From Candidatus Krumholzibacteriia bacterium (GTDB lineage Bacteria > Krumholzibacteriota > Krumholzibacteriia > LZORAL124-64-63): a DNA stretch of 28,025 bases. This document shows, one piece after another, positions 1 through 12,816 of the stretch. The notes under the pieces were generated by a model. It ran no database searches. It worked only from the letters and a program-made list of their open reading frames with translations, and had not been told where the DNA came from. The stretch lies in contig JAWOID010000006.1 in NCBI GenBank assembly GCA_046484865.1, positions 1 through 28,025 on the forward strand, written 5' to 3'. The translations under genes and the position numbers were made by a program. Each line of letters begins with the position of its first letter. The first letter of the stretch is position 1.

Positions 1-91
1 TGCGGGCGATCTTGTCCGGGCCGCCGCCCACGAGCGCCTGGGCGCGCAACTCCTCCAGGCGCTGCAGGCGCGATGCGAAGTCCTGCTCCAT
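1..91 (-). CDS. Acyl-CoA (propionyl/methylmalonyl-CoA) carboxylase/carboxyltransferase beta subunit, N-terminus only (runs off window edge)
   Basis: Not in the ORF track. Manual translation from ATG at 91 gives MEQDFASRLQRLEELRAQALVGGGPDKIAR, the typical PccB/MmdA-family start (..A..GGG..I..QH). GGAGAGG RBS at 99-105 on the - strand. Confidence 0.75.
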   Translation of the reverse strand, partial: MEQDFASRLQRLEELRAQALVGGGPDKIAR

Positions 92-161
92 GTGGATGCC
101 TCTCCATGAGCTGGGGGTCCGCCGCCGGCGTCGGGACGCTGCCGGGGGTGCACGACGCGCG

Positions 162-191
162 ATGGTACCGCTCGACGGTGCGGCCGGTCAA
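162..191 (-). promoter_or_regulatory. Candidate sigma70 promoter for the carboxylase gene
   Basis: TTGACC-18 nt-TACCAT on the - strand in the intergenic gap. Confidence 0.45.
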
Positions 192-220
192 GAACGCCGC
201 GTCTGGATGCTGCGGACCGG

Positions 221-1603
221 TCAGGCCTCGCGCGCCGCGGCGTCGGCGAGCAGGCGGTCGATCTCGCGGCTCAGTTCGGCATAGCTGACCGGCTTGATCA
301 CGAAGGAACGGATGCCGATGCGGCGCGCCCGCTCCTCGTTGAAGCTGCCGCGGAATCCGGAGGCCAGGATCACCGGCAGATCCGGGCGCACGGCCAGGAC
401 CTCGCGGGCGAGACGGATGCCCGAGATGGGCGTCATGATCTGATCGGTGACCAGCAGGTCGTATCCCCGCGGGTCGGCGCGGAAGGCGTCGAGCGCCGCC
501 TGAGCCTCGGTGAAGACGCTCACGTCGTAGCCGCGCCGCTCGAGGTGGGTGCCGGTGACGCGCGCCACCATCGCCTCGTCGTCCACCAGCATGACGCGGG
601 GGGGGCGGGCCGGCGCTGCCTCGGCCTCGCGGGCGGCCGGGGCGGGCTCCGCCCGGTCCAGGCTCCAGGCGATCACGGGGAAGTAGATGTCGAAGCGGGT
701 GCCCTCTCCGGGCCGGCTGTGGGGGATCGTGGCACCGTCGTGGTCGGCCAGGATGCGGTACACCGTGTTCAGTCCGAGACCGATGTTCTTGCCGCTGCGC
801 TCGCCGGTGAAGTAGGGCTCGAACATGCGGGCGAGGGTCTGTTCGTCCATGCCCGACCCGGTGTCGCGGATGCTCAGGCGGGCGTGCGGTCCGGGCCGCA
901 GGTCATGGGGCCGCGCCGCGATCGGTTCCTCGACCTGCACCTCGGCGAGGTCGATCTCGATCCGCCCCCGCCGTCGGTACAGCGCGTTCACGGCATTGCT
1001 GGCGAGATTCATCACGATCTGCTGCACCTGCGTGGTACTGGCGAGCACCGGGCCGCAGGCGGGATCCAGATTGTGCACCACCTGGACGTTGGCGGGCACG
1101 AGATCGCTCAGCAGGGTCACGATCTCCCGCAGCGGCTGCTGCAGGCGGACCGGCTTGCGTCTGATGTCGGCCTGCCGGTAGAACGTGCTCAGCTCCCGTA
1201 CCAGCTCGGTGGCGACGTGGCCGGCCTTGATGGCCTGGTCCAGATCATCGCGCGTGGCCGCGGGCAGCGTGGGTTCGTCCCGCAGCAGTCGCACGTGGCC
1301 GATCATCACCGCCAGCAGGTTGTTGAAGCTGTGGATGACGCTGCCGGCGAGATTGCCCACCGATTCCATCTTGCGGGCCTGGAAGTACCGCTGCTCGAGC
1401 CGGTCGAAATCGTGCCGCAGGCGCGTTCGCGCCAGCTCGGCCCGCCGGCGGCCGGCCCGCGCCCGCGCCAGCAGCACGCCCAGCACCGCCGCCGCGATGA
1501 CCGCGCCGACCGCCGCCACCCACGGCACGGCGGGATCGACCCGCTCGACGAGGAGATCGATGATGGCTGGCACAGGCAACCGTCCCGGGATCCGGCGAGA
1601 CAC
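221..1603 (-). CDS. Hybrid sensor histidine kinase / response regulator (one TM helix, HisKA, HATPase, C-terminal receiver)
   Basis: H-box VIHSFNNLL, N-box NLASNA, G1 DTGSGM, F-box MFEPYFT, G2 GLGL; receiver LVDDE...VTD...ASG...KP. Start uncertain (GTG at 1603 or 1573). Confidence 0.9.
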   Translation of the reverse strand: MSRRIPGRLPVPAIIDLLVERVDPAVPWVAAVGAVIAAAVLGVLLARARAGRRRAELARTRLRHDFDRLEQRYFQARKMESVGNLAGSVIHSFNNLLAVMIGHVRLLRDEPTLPAATRDDLDQAIKAGHVATELVRELSTFYRQADIRRKPVRLQQPLREIVTLLSDLVPANVQVVHNLDPACGPVLASTTQVQQIVMNLASNAVNALYRRRGRIEIDLAEVQVEEPIAARPHDLRPGPHARLSIRDTGSGMDEQTLARMFEPYFTGERSGKNIGLGLNTVYRILADHDGATIPHSRPGEGTRFDIYFPVIAWSLDRAEPAPAAREAEAAPARPPRVMLVDDEAMVARVTGTHLERRGYDVSVFTEAQAALDAFRADPRGYDLLVTDQIMTPISGIRLAREVLAVRPDLPVILASGFRGSFNEERARRIGIRSFVIKPVSYAELSREIDRLLADAAAREA

Positions 1604-1695
1604 CCCTCAGGAGGCGAACGCGGGTGATCACCCGCTCCGGCGGCCGCCGTCGCAGCGGGGTGGGGCCCTTGCGGCGCGGCCGTACCGATCGGGTC

Positions 1696-1725
1696 AGTAT
1701 ACCCGGCTGGGGGGGCATCTGTCAT
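1696..1725 (-). promoter_or_regulatory. Candidate sigma70 promoter for the hybrid kinase
   Basis: ATGACA-18 nt-TATACT on the - strand. Confidence 0.4.
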
Positions 1726-1736
1726 CCGTCGAGGCG

Positions 1737-1765
1737 TTGCCGGTCCGGGGGCCACCTGCTATGGT
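1737..1765 (+). promoter_or_regulatory. Candidate sigma70 promoter for the crotonase gene (divergent from the kinase promoter)
   Basis: TTGCCG-17 nt-TATGGT with TG extension (TGcTATGGT). Confidence 0.45.
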
Positions 1766-1829
1766 CGCTGCCGGGCGCCGTCGCGCCGCCGAACCGACCC
1801 AAACATCCGGATCGCCAGGGGAGGTCAGC

Positions 1830-2612
1830 ATGCCCTTCGAGAACCTGCTGCTGGAAGCTGCCGGCGGCGTCACCACCGTCACCGTCAACCGTCCCGAGAA
1901 GCTCAACGCCCTGAACGCCGCCACGGTGGAGGAGTTGCACCGCTGCTTCACGGAGCTGCGCGATGACGCCGCGGTTCGCGTGGTGGTCGTCACCGGCGCC
2001 GGGGAGAAGGCGTTCGTGGCCGGCGCCGACATCGGCGAACTGGCCCGGCTGACCCCCGAGGCGGCCGAGCGCATCGCGGCGCGCGGCCAGGAACTCATGT
2101 GGAAGATCGAGAACCTGGGCAAGCCCGTGATCGCGGCGGTCAACGGCTTCGCCCTGGGGGGAGGCTGCGAGCTGGCCCTGGCCTGCTCCTTCCGCTACGC
2201 CTCGGCCAACGCCCGCCTGGGCCTGCCCGAGACCGGCCTGGGGCTGATCCCCGGCTACGGCGGCACCCAGCGCCTGCCGCGCCTGGTGGGCCGGGGCCGG
2301 GCCCTGGAGATGATCCTCACGGGTCGGCCCGTCACCGCCACCGAGGCCCGGGACATCGGTCTGGTGAACCGCGTCCACTCGCAGGAGGAACTGATGCCCG
2401 AGACGCAGAAGGTGGCGGCCGAGCTCGCGAAGAGGTCGTTGACCACTCTGCGCCTGGCGCTGAAGGCGGTGAACGAGGGGCTGAACATGGGGCTCGACCC
2501 GGGCTGCCGGCTGGAGGCCGCGCTGTTCGGGGTCTGCGGGGGCACCGAGGATGCGCGCGAGGGATGCGCCGCCTTCCTGGAGAAGCGTCCACCGGCTTTC
2601 AGCGACCGCTAG
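1830..2612 (+). CDS. Enoyl-CoA hydratase (crotonase, Crt-like)
   Basis: True start is ATG 1830 after GGGGAGG. Motifs NRPEKLNALN, AGADI, GGGCE, LPE (both catalytic Glu present), GYGGTQRL. Confidence 0.92.
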   Translation: MPFENLLLEAAGGVTTVTVNRPEKLNALNAATVEELHRCFTELRDDAAVRVVVVTGAGEKAFVAGADIGELARLTPEAAERIAARGQELMWKIENLGKPVIAAVNGFALGGGCELALACSFRYASANARLGLPETGLGLIPGYGGTQRLPRLVGRGRALEMILTGRPVTATEARDIGLVNRVHSQEELMPETQKVAAELAKRSLTTLRLALKAVNEGLNMGLDPGCRLEAALFGVCGGTEDAREGCAAFLEKRPPAFSDR

Positions 2613-2856
2613 TCCTCCCGCCGCGGCAAGGCATTCCGCGCGCGGGCGCCGGAAGCGGGTGCGGGCGATCAGGCACGACAGGCTGCCCGGGAGTGGCCTC
2701 TTCGCCGCCGGGGCTCGCGCCGTTCGGCGGTTTCCGGGGTCCGCCGCGGGCCGCCGGCTGCGCTGCCGGTGCAACCGCGGCTTTGCCTCCGAGTGGGCGT
2801 TGATTATGTTTGCGGGGCGTGATTCCCCGACCAGCCGCTCCACTCGCGAGGTGACG

Positions 2857-3087
2857 ATGATGCCCAAGGACACGGCCACCGAGCCCATCCTCGAGATCGA
2901 CGCCGACCTGTGCAAGGGCTGTCAGCTCTGTCTGGCGGTCTGTCCGAAGACCTGCATCGCGGTGAGCGAGAAGCTGAACAGCTCCAGCTATCATCCGGCC
3001 TACTACACCGGGTCGGACTGCACCGGGTGCGGGCTCTGCTTCTATGCCTGCCCGGAGCCGGGGGCCATTCGCGTCGTCAAGCCGTAG
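2857..3087 (+). CDS. 2x[4Fe-4S] ferredoxin, delta subunit of 2-oxoacid:ferredoxin oxidoreductase
   Basis: CKGCQLCLAVCP and CTGCGLCFYACP motifs; GAGGTG RBS; directly upstream of the alpha subunit. Confidence 0.9.
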   Translation: MMPKDTATEPILEIDADLCKGCQLCLAVCPKTCIAVSEKLNSSSYHPAYYTGSDCTGCGLCFYACPEPGAIRVVKP

Positions 3088-3113
3088 CGCCACCTCTTCG
3101 TGGGGGGAAACCC

Positions 3114-4174
3114 ATGGCCAGACAGTTCATGAAGGGCAACGACGCCATCATCGTGGGCGCCCTGGCGGCCGGGTGCCGCGCCTACTTCGGCTACCCGATC
3201 ACGCCCGCCAGTGAGATCGCCCACGCCGCCGCGCTCCACTTCCCGGCCCTGGGCGGGACGTTCATCCAGGCCGAGAGCGAGGTGGCCGCCATCAACATGG
3301 TCTATGGCACCGCCGGCATGGGAATCCGGGTCATGACCGCCTCGTCGAGCCCGGGCTTCAGCCTGAAGCAGGAGGGGCTCTCGTACATCGCGGGCTCCGA
3401 GCTTCCGTGCGTGGTCGTGAACATCGATCGCGGCGGGCCGGGCCTGGGCAACATCGCGCCGGAGCAGGGCGACTACTTCCAGTGCACCAAGGGCGGTGGC
3501 CACGGCAACTACCGTCTGATCACGCTGGCGCCCAACGGAGCGCAGGAGATGTGCGACCTGACGGTGCTGGCCTTCGAGCTGGCCGACCGGTACCGCAACC
3601 CGGCGTGTCTCCTGGCTGACGGCATCACCGGGCAGATGATGGAAGTGGTGGAGATCCCCGCGGCCGTGCCGTCCCTGCCGGACAACTCGGACTGGGCGGT
3701 CCAGGGCGACGCTCGCACCGCGGGCCACCTGGTCAGCTCCATCTTTCTCGAGTCGGAGGAGCTGGAGGCGCACAACCTCAAGCTGGACCGCAAGTACCAG
3801 GAGATCGCCGCCAGCGAGACGAGGTTCGAGGAGTACCGCACCGACGACGCCGATCTGGTGGTGGTGGCGTACGGCGTGGTGTCGCGCATCGTCTACTCCG
3901 CGATCGACGAGGCGCGCGACGAGGGCCTCCGGGTGGGTCTGCTGCGACCCATCACCCTCTGGCCGTTCCCCAGCCAGCCCCTGACGGCCATGGCGGATCG
4001 CGTCCAGGCCTTCCTGGCCGTGGAACTGAGCACCGGGCAGATGGTGGAGGACGTGCGGCTGGCCGTGGAGGGGAGGGCGCCGGTGCACTTCTACGGACGG
4101 TGCGGCGGCATGGTCCCGGGCGGCGCCGAGTTGCTGGAACAGTTCCGCAAGATCCTGGCAGGAGGGAAGCACTG

Positions 4175-4175
<1 letters not shown>
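3114..4175 (+). CDS. vorB: 2-oxoacid:ferredoxin oxidoreductase alpha subunit (3-methyl-2-oxobutanoate dehydrogenase VorB-like)
   Basis: MKGNDAI..GA, FGYPITPASE, QAESEVAAINM, SSSPGFSLKQE, RGGPGLGNI, KGGGHG motifs. Confidence 0.88.
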
Positions 4176-5608
<1,433 letters not shown>

Positions 5609-5653
5609 CCCGGCGGAGCCGGCCCGGCCCGCACGACTGGGCTCCATGGTGCT

Positions 5654-5686
5654 GCGGCCGGCCCCGGATGCCCCGGGGCCGGCCGC
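5654..5686. repeat. Perfect 14-bp GC-rich inverted repeat (hairpin, no U-tract)
   Basis: GCGGCCGGCCCCGG-atgcc-CCGGGGCCGGCCGC between vorA and the ald-like gene. Confidence 0.8.
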
Positions 5687-5708
5687 CTGTGCATGGGAGG
5701 AGCGAGCC

Positions 5709-6830
5709 ATGATCATCGGTATCCCGCGGGAGCGCGCGGCCGACGAGAAGCGTGTGGGGCTCTCCCCGCGCGGCGTGCGCAACCTGGTGGAACGCGGTCA
5801 CACGGTGGTGGTGGAGAAGGGCGCGGGCGCGGGGTCTGGCTTCGCCGACGACCAGTACGAGCAGTCGGGCGGCCTGATCGTGCACGAGCCGGGAGAGGTG
5901 TTCGCCCGCGCCGAACTGGTGACCAAGATCCACCCGCCGGCAGCGGCGGAGTTGGCCTGGCTGCAGCCGGACCAGGTGGTCCTCGGCTTCCTGCACCTGG
6001 CGGTGGCGCGACCCGACGTGATCGGCGCCCTGGTGGAGCGCGGCTGCACGGCCATCGACTACGTCACCATGCAGGATGACGCCGGCAACCTGCCGGTGCT
6101 GCGGCCCATGAGCCAGATCGCCGGCCGCATCGTGTCCCAGATCGCCGCCCGCTACCTGCAGAGCGACCATGGCGGCCTGGGAATCCTCCTGGGCGGCGCG
6201 CCGGCGGTGCCGCCGGCCGAGGTGGTGGTCATCGGCGCGGGCACCGTGGGCCGCAACGCCGTGCGCGCGTTCCTGGGCGCCGGCGCGGGAGTGACCCTGC
6301 TCGACGTGGACTTCGACCGCATCTGCGACATCGACTGGGCGTTTCCAGGTCGCCTGACCACCTTCGTGGCCACGGAGGCCTCCTTGCGCAAGGCGCTGCA
6401 GTATGCCGACGTGGTCGTCGGCGCCATCCTCGTGCCCGGCGCCCGCACGCCGCACCTGGTCAGCAAGGAGATGATCGGGCTCATGCGCGAGCGGAGCCTG
6501 ATCGTGGACATCTCCATCGACCAGGGGGGGTGCTTCGAGACCAGCCGGCCCACCCGTCTCAGCGATCCCACCTACGTCGTGGACGGCATCACCCACTACT
6601 GCGTGCCCAACCTGCCGAGCCTGGTGGCGAGGTCGGCGACCTATGCGCTGGGCAACATCGCGCTGCCCTACATCGCGGCGCTGGCGCGCGGGCCCGTGCC
6701 CGTCATCCTGCGCGGCGACGGCACGCTCGCCCGCGGCGTCAATGTCTACCGCGGCAGGGTCACCCATCCGCGGGTCGCGGAGGCCCACGGCATCGAGCAC
6801 CATCCGCTGGCCGATCTGCTGGCGGACTAG
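5709..6830 (+). CDS. ald: Alanine dehydrogenase family protein (AlaDH/PNT fold; active-site variant)
   Basis: MIIGIPRE...E.RV, FLHLA, LRPMSQIAGR, GAGTVG Rossmann motif, DISIDQGGCFETS, HYCVPNLP; GGGAGG RBS. Confidence 0.85.
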   Translation: MIIGIPRERAADEKRVGLSPRGVRNLVERGHTVVVEKGAGAGSGFADDQYEQSGGLIVHEPGEVFARAELVTKIHPPAAAELAWLQPDQVVLGFLHLAVARPDVIGALVERGCTAIDYVTMQDDAGNLPVLRPMSQIAGRIVSQIAARYLQSDHGGLGILLGGAPAVPPAEVVVIGAGTVGRNAVRAFLGAGAGVTLLDVDFDRICDIDWAFPGRLTTFVATEASLRKALQYADVVVGAILVPGARTPHLVSKEMIGLMRERSLIVDISIDQGGCFETSRPTRLSDPTYVVDGITHYCVPNLPSLVARSATYALGNIALPYIAALARGPVPVILRGDGTLARGVNVYRGRVTHPRVAEAHGIEHHPLADLLAD

Positions 6831-6877
6831 ACGCAGGCGGATGGCCCGCAGGGCGATGCCCCGCGACAGGAGCCGCG

Positions 6878-8206
6878 ATGAACTGGTTGCAGATCTACCG
6901 CGAACGGCTGCGCAGCGCCGAGGACGCCGTGCAGAGCGTCACGTCGGGCGAGCGCATCTACATCGGCGCCGGCTGCGCCGTGCCCCACACCCTGGTGGAC
7001 GCTCTGGTGGGGCGCGCCGAGGAGTTGCACGACGTGGAGATCATCCACCATCTCACCGTGGGCGAGGCGCCCTACCTGCGGCCGGAGATGGAGGGGCATT
7101 TCCGCACCAGCGACTTCTTCGTGGCGGCCAACACGCGCGATGCGGTGAACGAGGGCCGAGCCGATTACGTGCCCGTCCACCTGCACGACATGCCCCGCCT
7201 CTTCCGCGAGCAGCGCATCGCCCTCGATGCCGCCTTCGTGGTGCTCAGCCCTCCCGACGAGCACGGCTTCTGCAGCTTCGGCATCGAGGTGGGGGTCACC
7301 AAGCCGGCGGCCCTGGCCGCGCGACGCATCGTGGCCGAGGTGAACCGCCAGATGCCGCGCACGCTGGGCGACAGCTTCATCCACGTTTCGAAGGTGCACA
7401 CGTTCGTGGAGGTGGACCGGGAGCTGGACGAGTTCCACGGCACCGAGGCCACCGGCATCGACCGCCAGATCGGCCGGCACATCGCCGACCTCATCGACGA
7501 CGGCGCCTGCATCCAGCTCGGCATCGGCGGCATCCCCGACGCCGTGCTGGGCTTCCTGGACGGCAAGAAGGACCTGGGCGTGCACACGGAGATGTTCACC
7601 GAGGCGCTGCCGGCGCTCATCGCCAGCGGCATCGTCACCGGCGAGCGCAAGAACTTCCACCCGGGCAAGGTGGTGGCCGGGTTCGTGCTGGGCACCCGCG
7701 AGGTGTACGACTTCGTCCACGACAACGCCCAGGTGGAGTTCCACCCCACCGACTACGTGAACAACCCCGTCAACGTGGCGCGCAACGACCGCATGGTGGC
7801 CGTGAACTCCGCGCTGCAGGTGGACCTCACCGGCCAGATCTGTGCCGATTCGATCGGCGAGCTGATCTACAGCGGCTTCGGCGGACAGGCCGACTTCATG
7901 CGTGGCGCCGCCCTCAGTCAGGGGGGACTGCCGATCACGGCCTTGCCGGCCACGGCCGTCGACGGTAGTGTCTCGCGGATCGTGCCGAACCTCGACCTGG
8001 GGGCGGGCGTGGTCATCACCCGCGCCGACGCCCACGCCGTGGTCACCGAGAACGGGGTGGCGCACATGTTCGGCCGCAACGTGCGGGAGCGGGCGCGAGC
8101 GCTCATCGAGATCGCCGACTCGCGCTTCCAGGAGAACCTCGAACGCGCTGCCCGGCAGCGTGGCATCTTCGGCAGGCTCTGGCCCACGACCAGACCGGAG
8201 GCTTGA
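6878..8206 (+). CDS. Acetyl-CoA hydrolase/CoA-transferase family (4-hydroxybutyrate CoA-transferase-like)
   Basis: SPPDEHGFCSFG, QLGIGGIPDAV, HTEMF (catalytic Glu), VDLTGQICADS, SGFGGQADF, VVTENG. Confidence 0.9.
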   Translation: MNWLQIYRERLRSAEDAVQSVTSGERIYIGAGCAVPHTLVDALVGRAEELHDVEIIHHLTVGEAPYLRPEMEGHFRTSDFFVAANTRDAVNEGRADYVPVHLHDMPRLFREQRIALDAAFVVLSPPDEHGFCSFGIEVGVTKPAALAARRIVAEVNRQMPRTLGDSFIHVSKVHTFVEVDRELDEFHGTEATGIDRQIGRHIADLIDDGACIQLGIGGIPDAVLGFLDGKKDLGVHTEMFTEALPALIASGIVTGERKNFHPGKVVAGFVLGTREVYDFVHDNAQVEFHPTDYVNNPVNVARNDRMVAVNSALQVDLTGQICADSIGELIYSGFGGQADFMRGAALSQGGLPITALPATAVDGSVSRIVPNLDLGAGVVITRADAHAVVTENGVAHMFGRNVRERARALIEIADSRFQENLERAARQRGIFGRLWPTTRPEA

Positions 8207-8210
8207 CCCC

Positions 8211-9649
8211 ATGCCCCAGGACGACCCGCGCACGAATCCATCCGCCGCCGTCACGGGCGCCGCCGCCGGATCCACCGGCCGCGGCGGGGACGCCGGCGCC
8301 GGACAGCCCGAGGGCAAGCCGACCTGGCGCTTCCCCCGCCCCTTCTGGACGGCCAATGCGGCCGAGTTGTGCGAGCGGGCGGCCTACTACGGCACGTTCA
8401 TCGCCCTGCGCACCTATCTCATCCGGGTGGTGGGGCTCTCCGACGTGGCCGCCGGGCTCGTGGGAGCCTACCTGGGCGGCTTCATCTACCTGATGCCGTT
8501 CTTCACCGGCGCCATCGCCGACCGCATGGGTTTCCGCAACGCCCTGATGCTCGCCTTCGTGCTGCTGGCGCTGGGCTACGGGGCGCTGGGCGTCTTCTCC
8601 ACGCTCGGCCCGGTGATCATCGGCATCACCTTCATCATCGTGGGCGGCGCGTTCGTCAAGCCGATCATCTCGGGCACCGTGAGCAAGTCGTCCGATGCGG
8701 TGAACCGGGCGCGGGCGTTCAGCATCTTCTACATGATCGTCAACATCGGCTCGTTCACGGGCAAGACCATCGTGGCGCCCATGCGCATCGAACTGGGCGT
8801 GCAGACGGTACCCTACTTCTCGGCCGGCGCTTCGCTGGTGGCGCTGCTGATCGTGGCTTTGATGTACCGCCCGTCGGAGAACGTGGCGACCCAGGCCCGC
8901 AATTTCCGCGAAACCCTGAGCGGCATGTGGATGGCGATGAGCAATGGCCGCTTCCTGGCGCTCATCCTCATCACGGCGGGGTTCTGGGCCATCCAGGGGC
9001 AGCTCTACGCCGCCATGCCCGACTACGTGCTGCGCATGGCGGGCGAGACCTACAAGCCGGAGTGGTACGCCAACATCAACCCCCTGGTGGTGGTGATGTT
9101 CGTGGTGCTCATCACCCAGCTGGTGCGCCGCTGGAAGCCGGAGTACTCGATCCTCGTCGCCATGATGCTGATCCCGCTCTCGGCGCTGTCCATGGCCTCG
9201 TCGGCCTGGTTCGACGGCAACGTCGACATCCTCGGCATGTCAGTGCATCCGATCACCCTCATGATGGTGATCGGCATCGCCATCCAGGGTCTGGCCGAGT
9301 GCTTCCTCAGCCCGAAGTGGCTGGAGTTCGCCTCGAAGCAGGCGCCCCCCGGCAAGGAGGGCACGTTCCTGGGCTTCGCCCACATGAACACCTTCTTCGC
9401 CTGGATCTTCGGATTCGTGCTCTCGGGCTTCCTGCTCAGCGAGTACTGCCCCGAGCCGACGACGCTGCCCGAGGCCGCCCAGCAGCAGCACGCCCTGTAC
9501 CTGCAGGGGCTGGCGCCGCTGCCGGAGGCCTATGCGAACGCCCACTATCTCTGGTACGCCTACGCCGGGGTGGGCGTGATCTCGCTGACCGCCCTGGTGG
9601 TCTACATCGTGGTGACGCGCCGGCGCGACCGCGCGGCGCGGGAGCGGAC

Positions 9650-9653
<4 letters not shown>
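8211..9653 (+). CDS. MFS transporter, POT/PTR-like (di/tripeptide:H+ symporter)
   Basis: ExxER motif (AELCERAAYYG), GAIADRMG, FSIFYMIVNIGS, multiple hydrophobic segments. Confidence 0.85.
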
Positions 9654-11050
<1,397 letters not shown>

Positions 11051-11080
11051 ACCGGAGGCGTCCGTGCGGCGCCTCTTCGC

Positions 11081-11167
11081 GCGAGAGTGGCGGAACTGGT
11101 AGACGCGCAGGGTTTAGGTCCCTGTGGGAGCGATCCCGTGGGGGTTCGAGTCCCCCCTCTCGCACCA
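11081..11167 (+). tRNA. tRNA-Leu (anticodon TAG)
   Basis: Acceptor stem GCGAGAG/CTCTCGC-ACCA, D-arm TGGCGGAACTGGTAGACGC, anticodon arm CAGGG-TTTAGGT-CCCTG, long variable arm, GTTCGAGTC; usual position upstream of tig. Confidence 0.95.
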
Positions 11168-11263
11168 GACGCCTGAACCAGATGCACGAACGTCGCGGCG
11201 CCGCCCCGACGGCCGCACCAGGCCGGCGGCCCGCACCACCCGGACCAGCGAGGACACGCGCCC

Positions 11264-12649
11264 ATGACCGACGAGTCCGCTCCCGGCTTCCAGCACCCCT
11301 ACCGTTTCGAGATCGAGACGCCCCGCGAATGGGAGCGCATCGTGCACGTGGAGGTGCCCCGCGACCAGTTCGATCACGAGTACGCGCGCCTGCTCACCCG
11401 CGCCGTCAAGGGCTACGCGCGGCCGGGGTTCCGCAAGGGCAAGGCCCCCCGCAAGCTGGTGGAGCGCGAGCTGGGCGACCGGCTGCGTGCCGAGACGTTC
11501 GAGGCCCTGGTGCCGCGCGTCTTCCGGGCCGCGGTGGTGGAGCACCGGTTGATCCCCATCACCGATCCGGAGCTGCGCGATCTCCACTTCGAGGACGAGG
11601 GACCGATCACCTTCGACCTGCGCCTCGAGGTGCGGCCGCAGATCACGGCCCACGACTACGACGACCTGCCGCTGCAGCGGCGCGAGGTGTCGGTGAGCAC
11701 CGAGGACGTCGATCAGGTGGTGGACCGGCTGCGCGAGAGCCGGAGCGTGTGGGAGCCGGTGGACCGGGGCGCTGCCGAGGGCGACCAGCTCACCCTCGAC
11801 CTGCGGCCGGTGACCTCCGAGGGCGAGGATGATGCCGGCAAGGCGGCGGAGAATCAGAAGATGACGCTGGGCGCCGAGCACAACCTGCCCGCGTTCAACG
11901 AGGAACTCGCCGGCGCCGCGGCGGGCGACGAGCGCGAGGTCGAGGTGGTCTACCCCGACGACTTCCCGAACGAGGAGCTGCGCGGGCGCCGGATCCGTTT
12001 CCGCTGCCTGGTGAAGCAGGTGAGCCGCCGCGTGTTGCCGGAAGTGAACGACGCCTTCGCCGCCGAGATGGCCGGCGGGCAGACGCTGCTGGAACTGCGG
12101 GGGGAGATCCGGCGCCAGCTCGAGCAGGAAGCCGCCGAGAGGGCCGACCGGGAGCTGGAGGAGCAGATCGTCGACCAGCTGATCGAGCGGCACGAAGTCG
12201 AGGTGCCTCCCTCGCTGCTGGAGCAGTACCTGGCCTCCAGCGTGGAGGAGTTGCACGCCCGCAACCTGCAGATGGGACGGGAGATCTCCGCGGCGGAGGA
12301 CGAGCGGTTCCGCGACCTCACCCGGCCGGTGGCGGAGCGGGTGCTCAAGGGTATGTTCATCATGGAAGCCATCCGGCGGCAGGAGAAGATCCGGGCGACG
12401 GACGCCGAGATCGAGGAGCGGATCGTCGCCATCGCCGCCGAGAACGGATTCGACCTGGACAAGTACCGCGAGTACGTCAACCGTGGCGACGAGCGCGAGC
12501 GCATCCGTCATGGGCTCGAGGAGCGCAAGACGTTCGACTTCCTGATTTCGCGCGCGCGGGTCGCGACCGTCCGGGAGGACGAGGGCGACCGGACGGCGGA
12601 GCCGGCGAGCGGGGCCGGCACTCCGGCCGAGGCGGACGCCCGGGAGTAG
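11264..12649 (+). CDS. tig: Trigger factor
   Basis: Ribosome-binding PGFRKGKAP motif, FKBP-like middle domain, synteny with clpP-clpX. Confidence 0.93.
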   Translation: MTDESAPGFQHPYRFEIETPREWERIVHVEVPRDQFDHEYARLLTRAVKGYARPGFRKGKAPRKLVERELGDRLRAETFEALVPRVFRAAVVEHRLIPITDPELRDLHFEDEGPITFDLRLEVRPQITAHDYDDLPLQRREVSVSTEDVDQVVDRLRESRSVWEPVDRGAAEGDQLTLDLRPVTSEGEDDAGKAAENQKMTLGAEHNLPAFNEELAGAAAGDEREVEVVYPDDFPNEELRGRRIRFRCLVKQVSRRVLPEVNDAFAAEMAGGQTLLELRGEIRRQLEQEAAERADRELEEQIVDQLIERHEVEVPPSLLEQYLASSVEELHARNLQMGREISAAEDERFRDLTRPVAERVLKGMFIMEAIRRQEKIRATDAEIEERIVAIAAENGFDLDKYREYVNRGDERERIRHGLEERKTFDFLISRARVATVREDEGDRTAEPASGAGTPAEADARE

Positions 12650-12816
12650 ACCGGCGGCAGCGCGGGCCGTGGCGGGCGGGCCCGGAGACGCCCGGTTGGT
12701 CGAGGAATGAACGTGCCGCCCCCCTGGCGGGGGAACCCCTCCGGGGCGGTGGCGTTGGAGCAGGACGATCGCAGGTAGGCAGGGGGGCCGGCGCCCCGCC
12801 CGCCGAGGAGGAGACG

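Noticed and set aside
1568..1584. TGGCAC as a sigma54 -24 element
   Set aside because: No TTGC -12 element at the required spacing, and it lies within the kinase coding region.
8369..9649. Apparent ~430-aa N-terminal extension of the sigma54 regulator (893-aa ORF)
   Set aside because: Arg/Gly/His-rich off-frame read of the transporter gene; the real start is GTG 9650. The same applies to the upstream extensions of crotonase, ferredoxin, vorB, vorA, CoA transferase, purA, the lipoprotein and the S1 protein.
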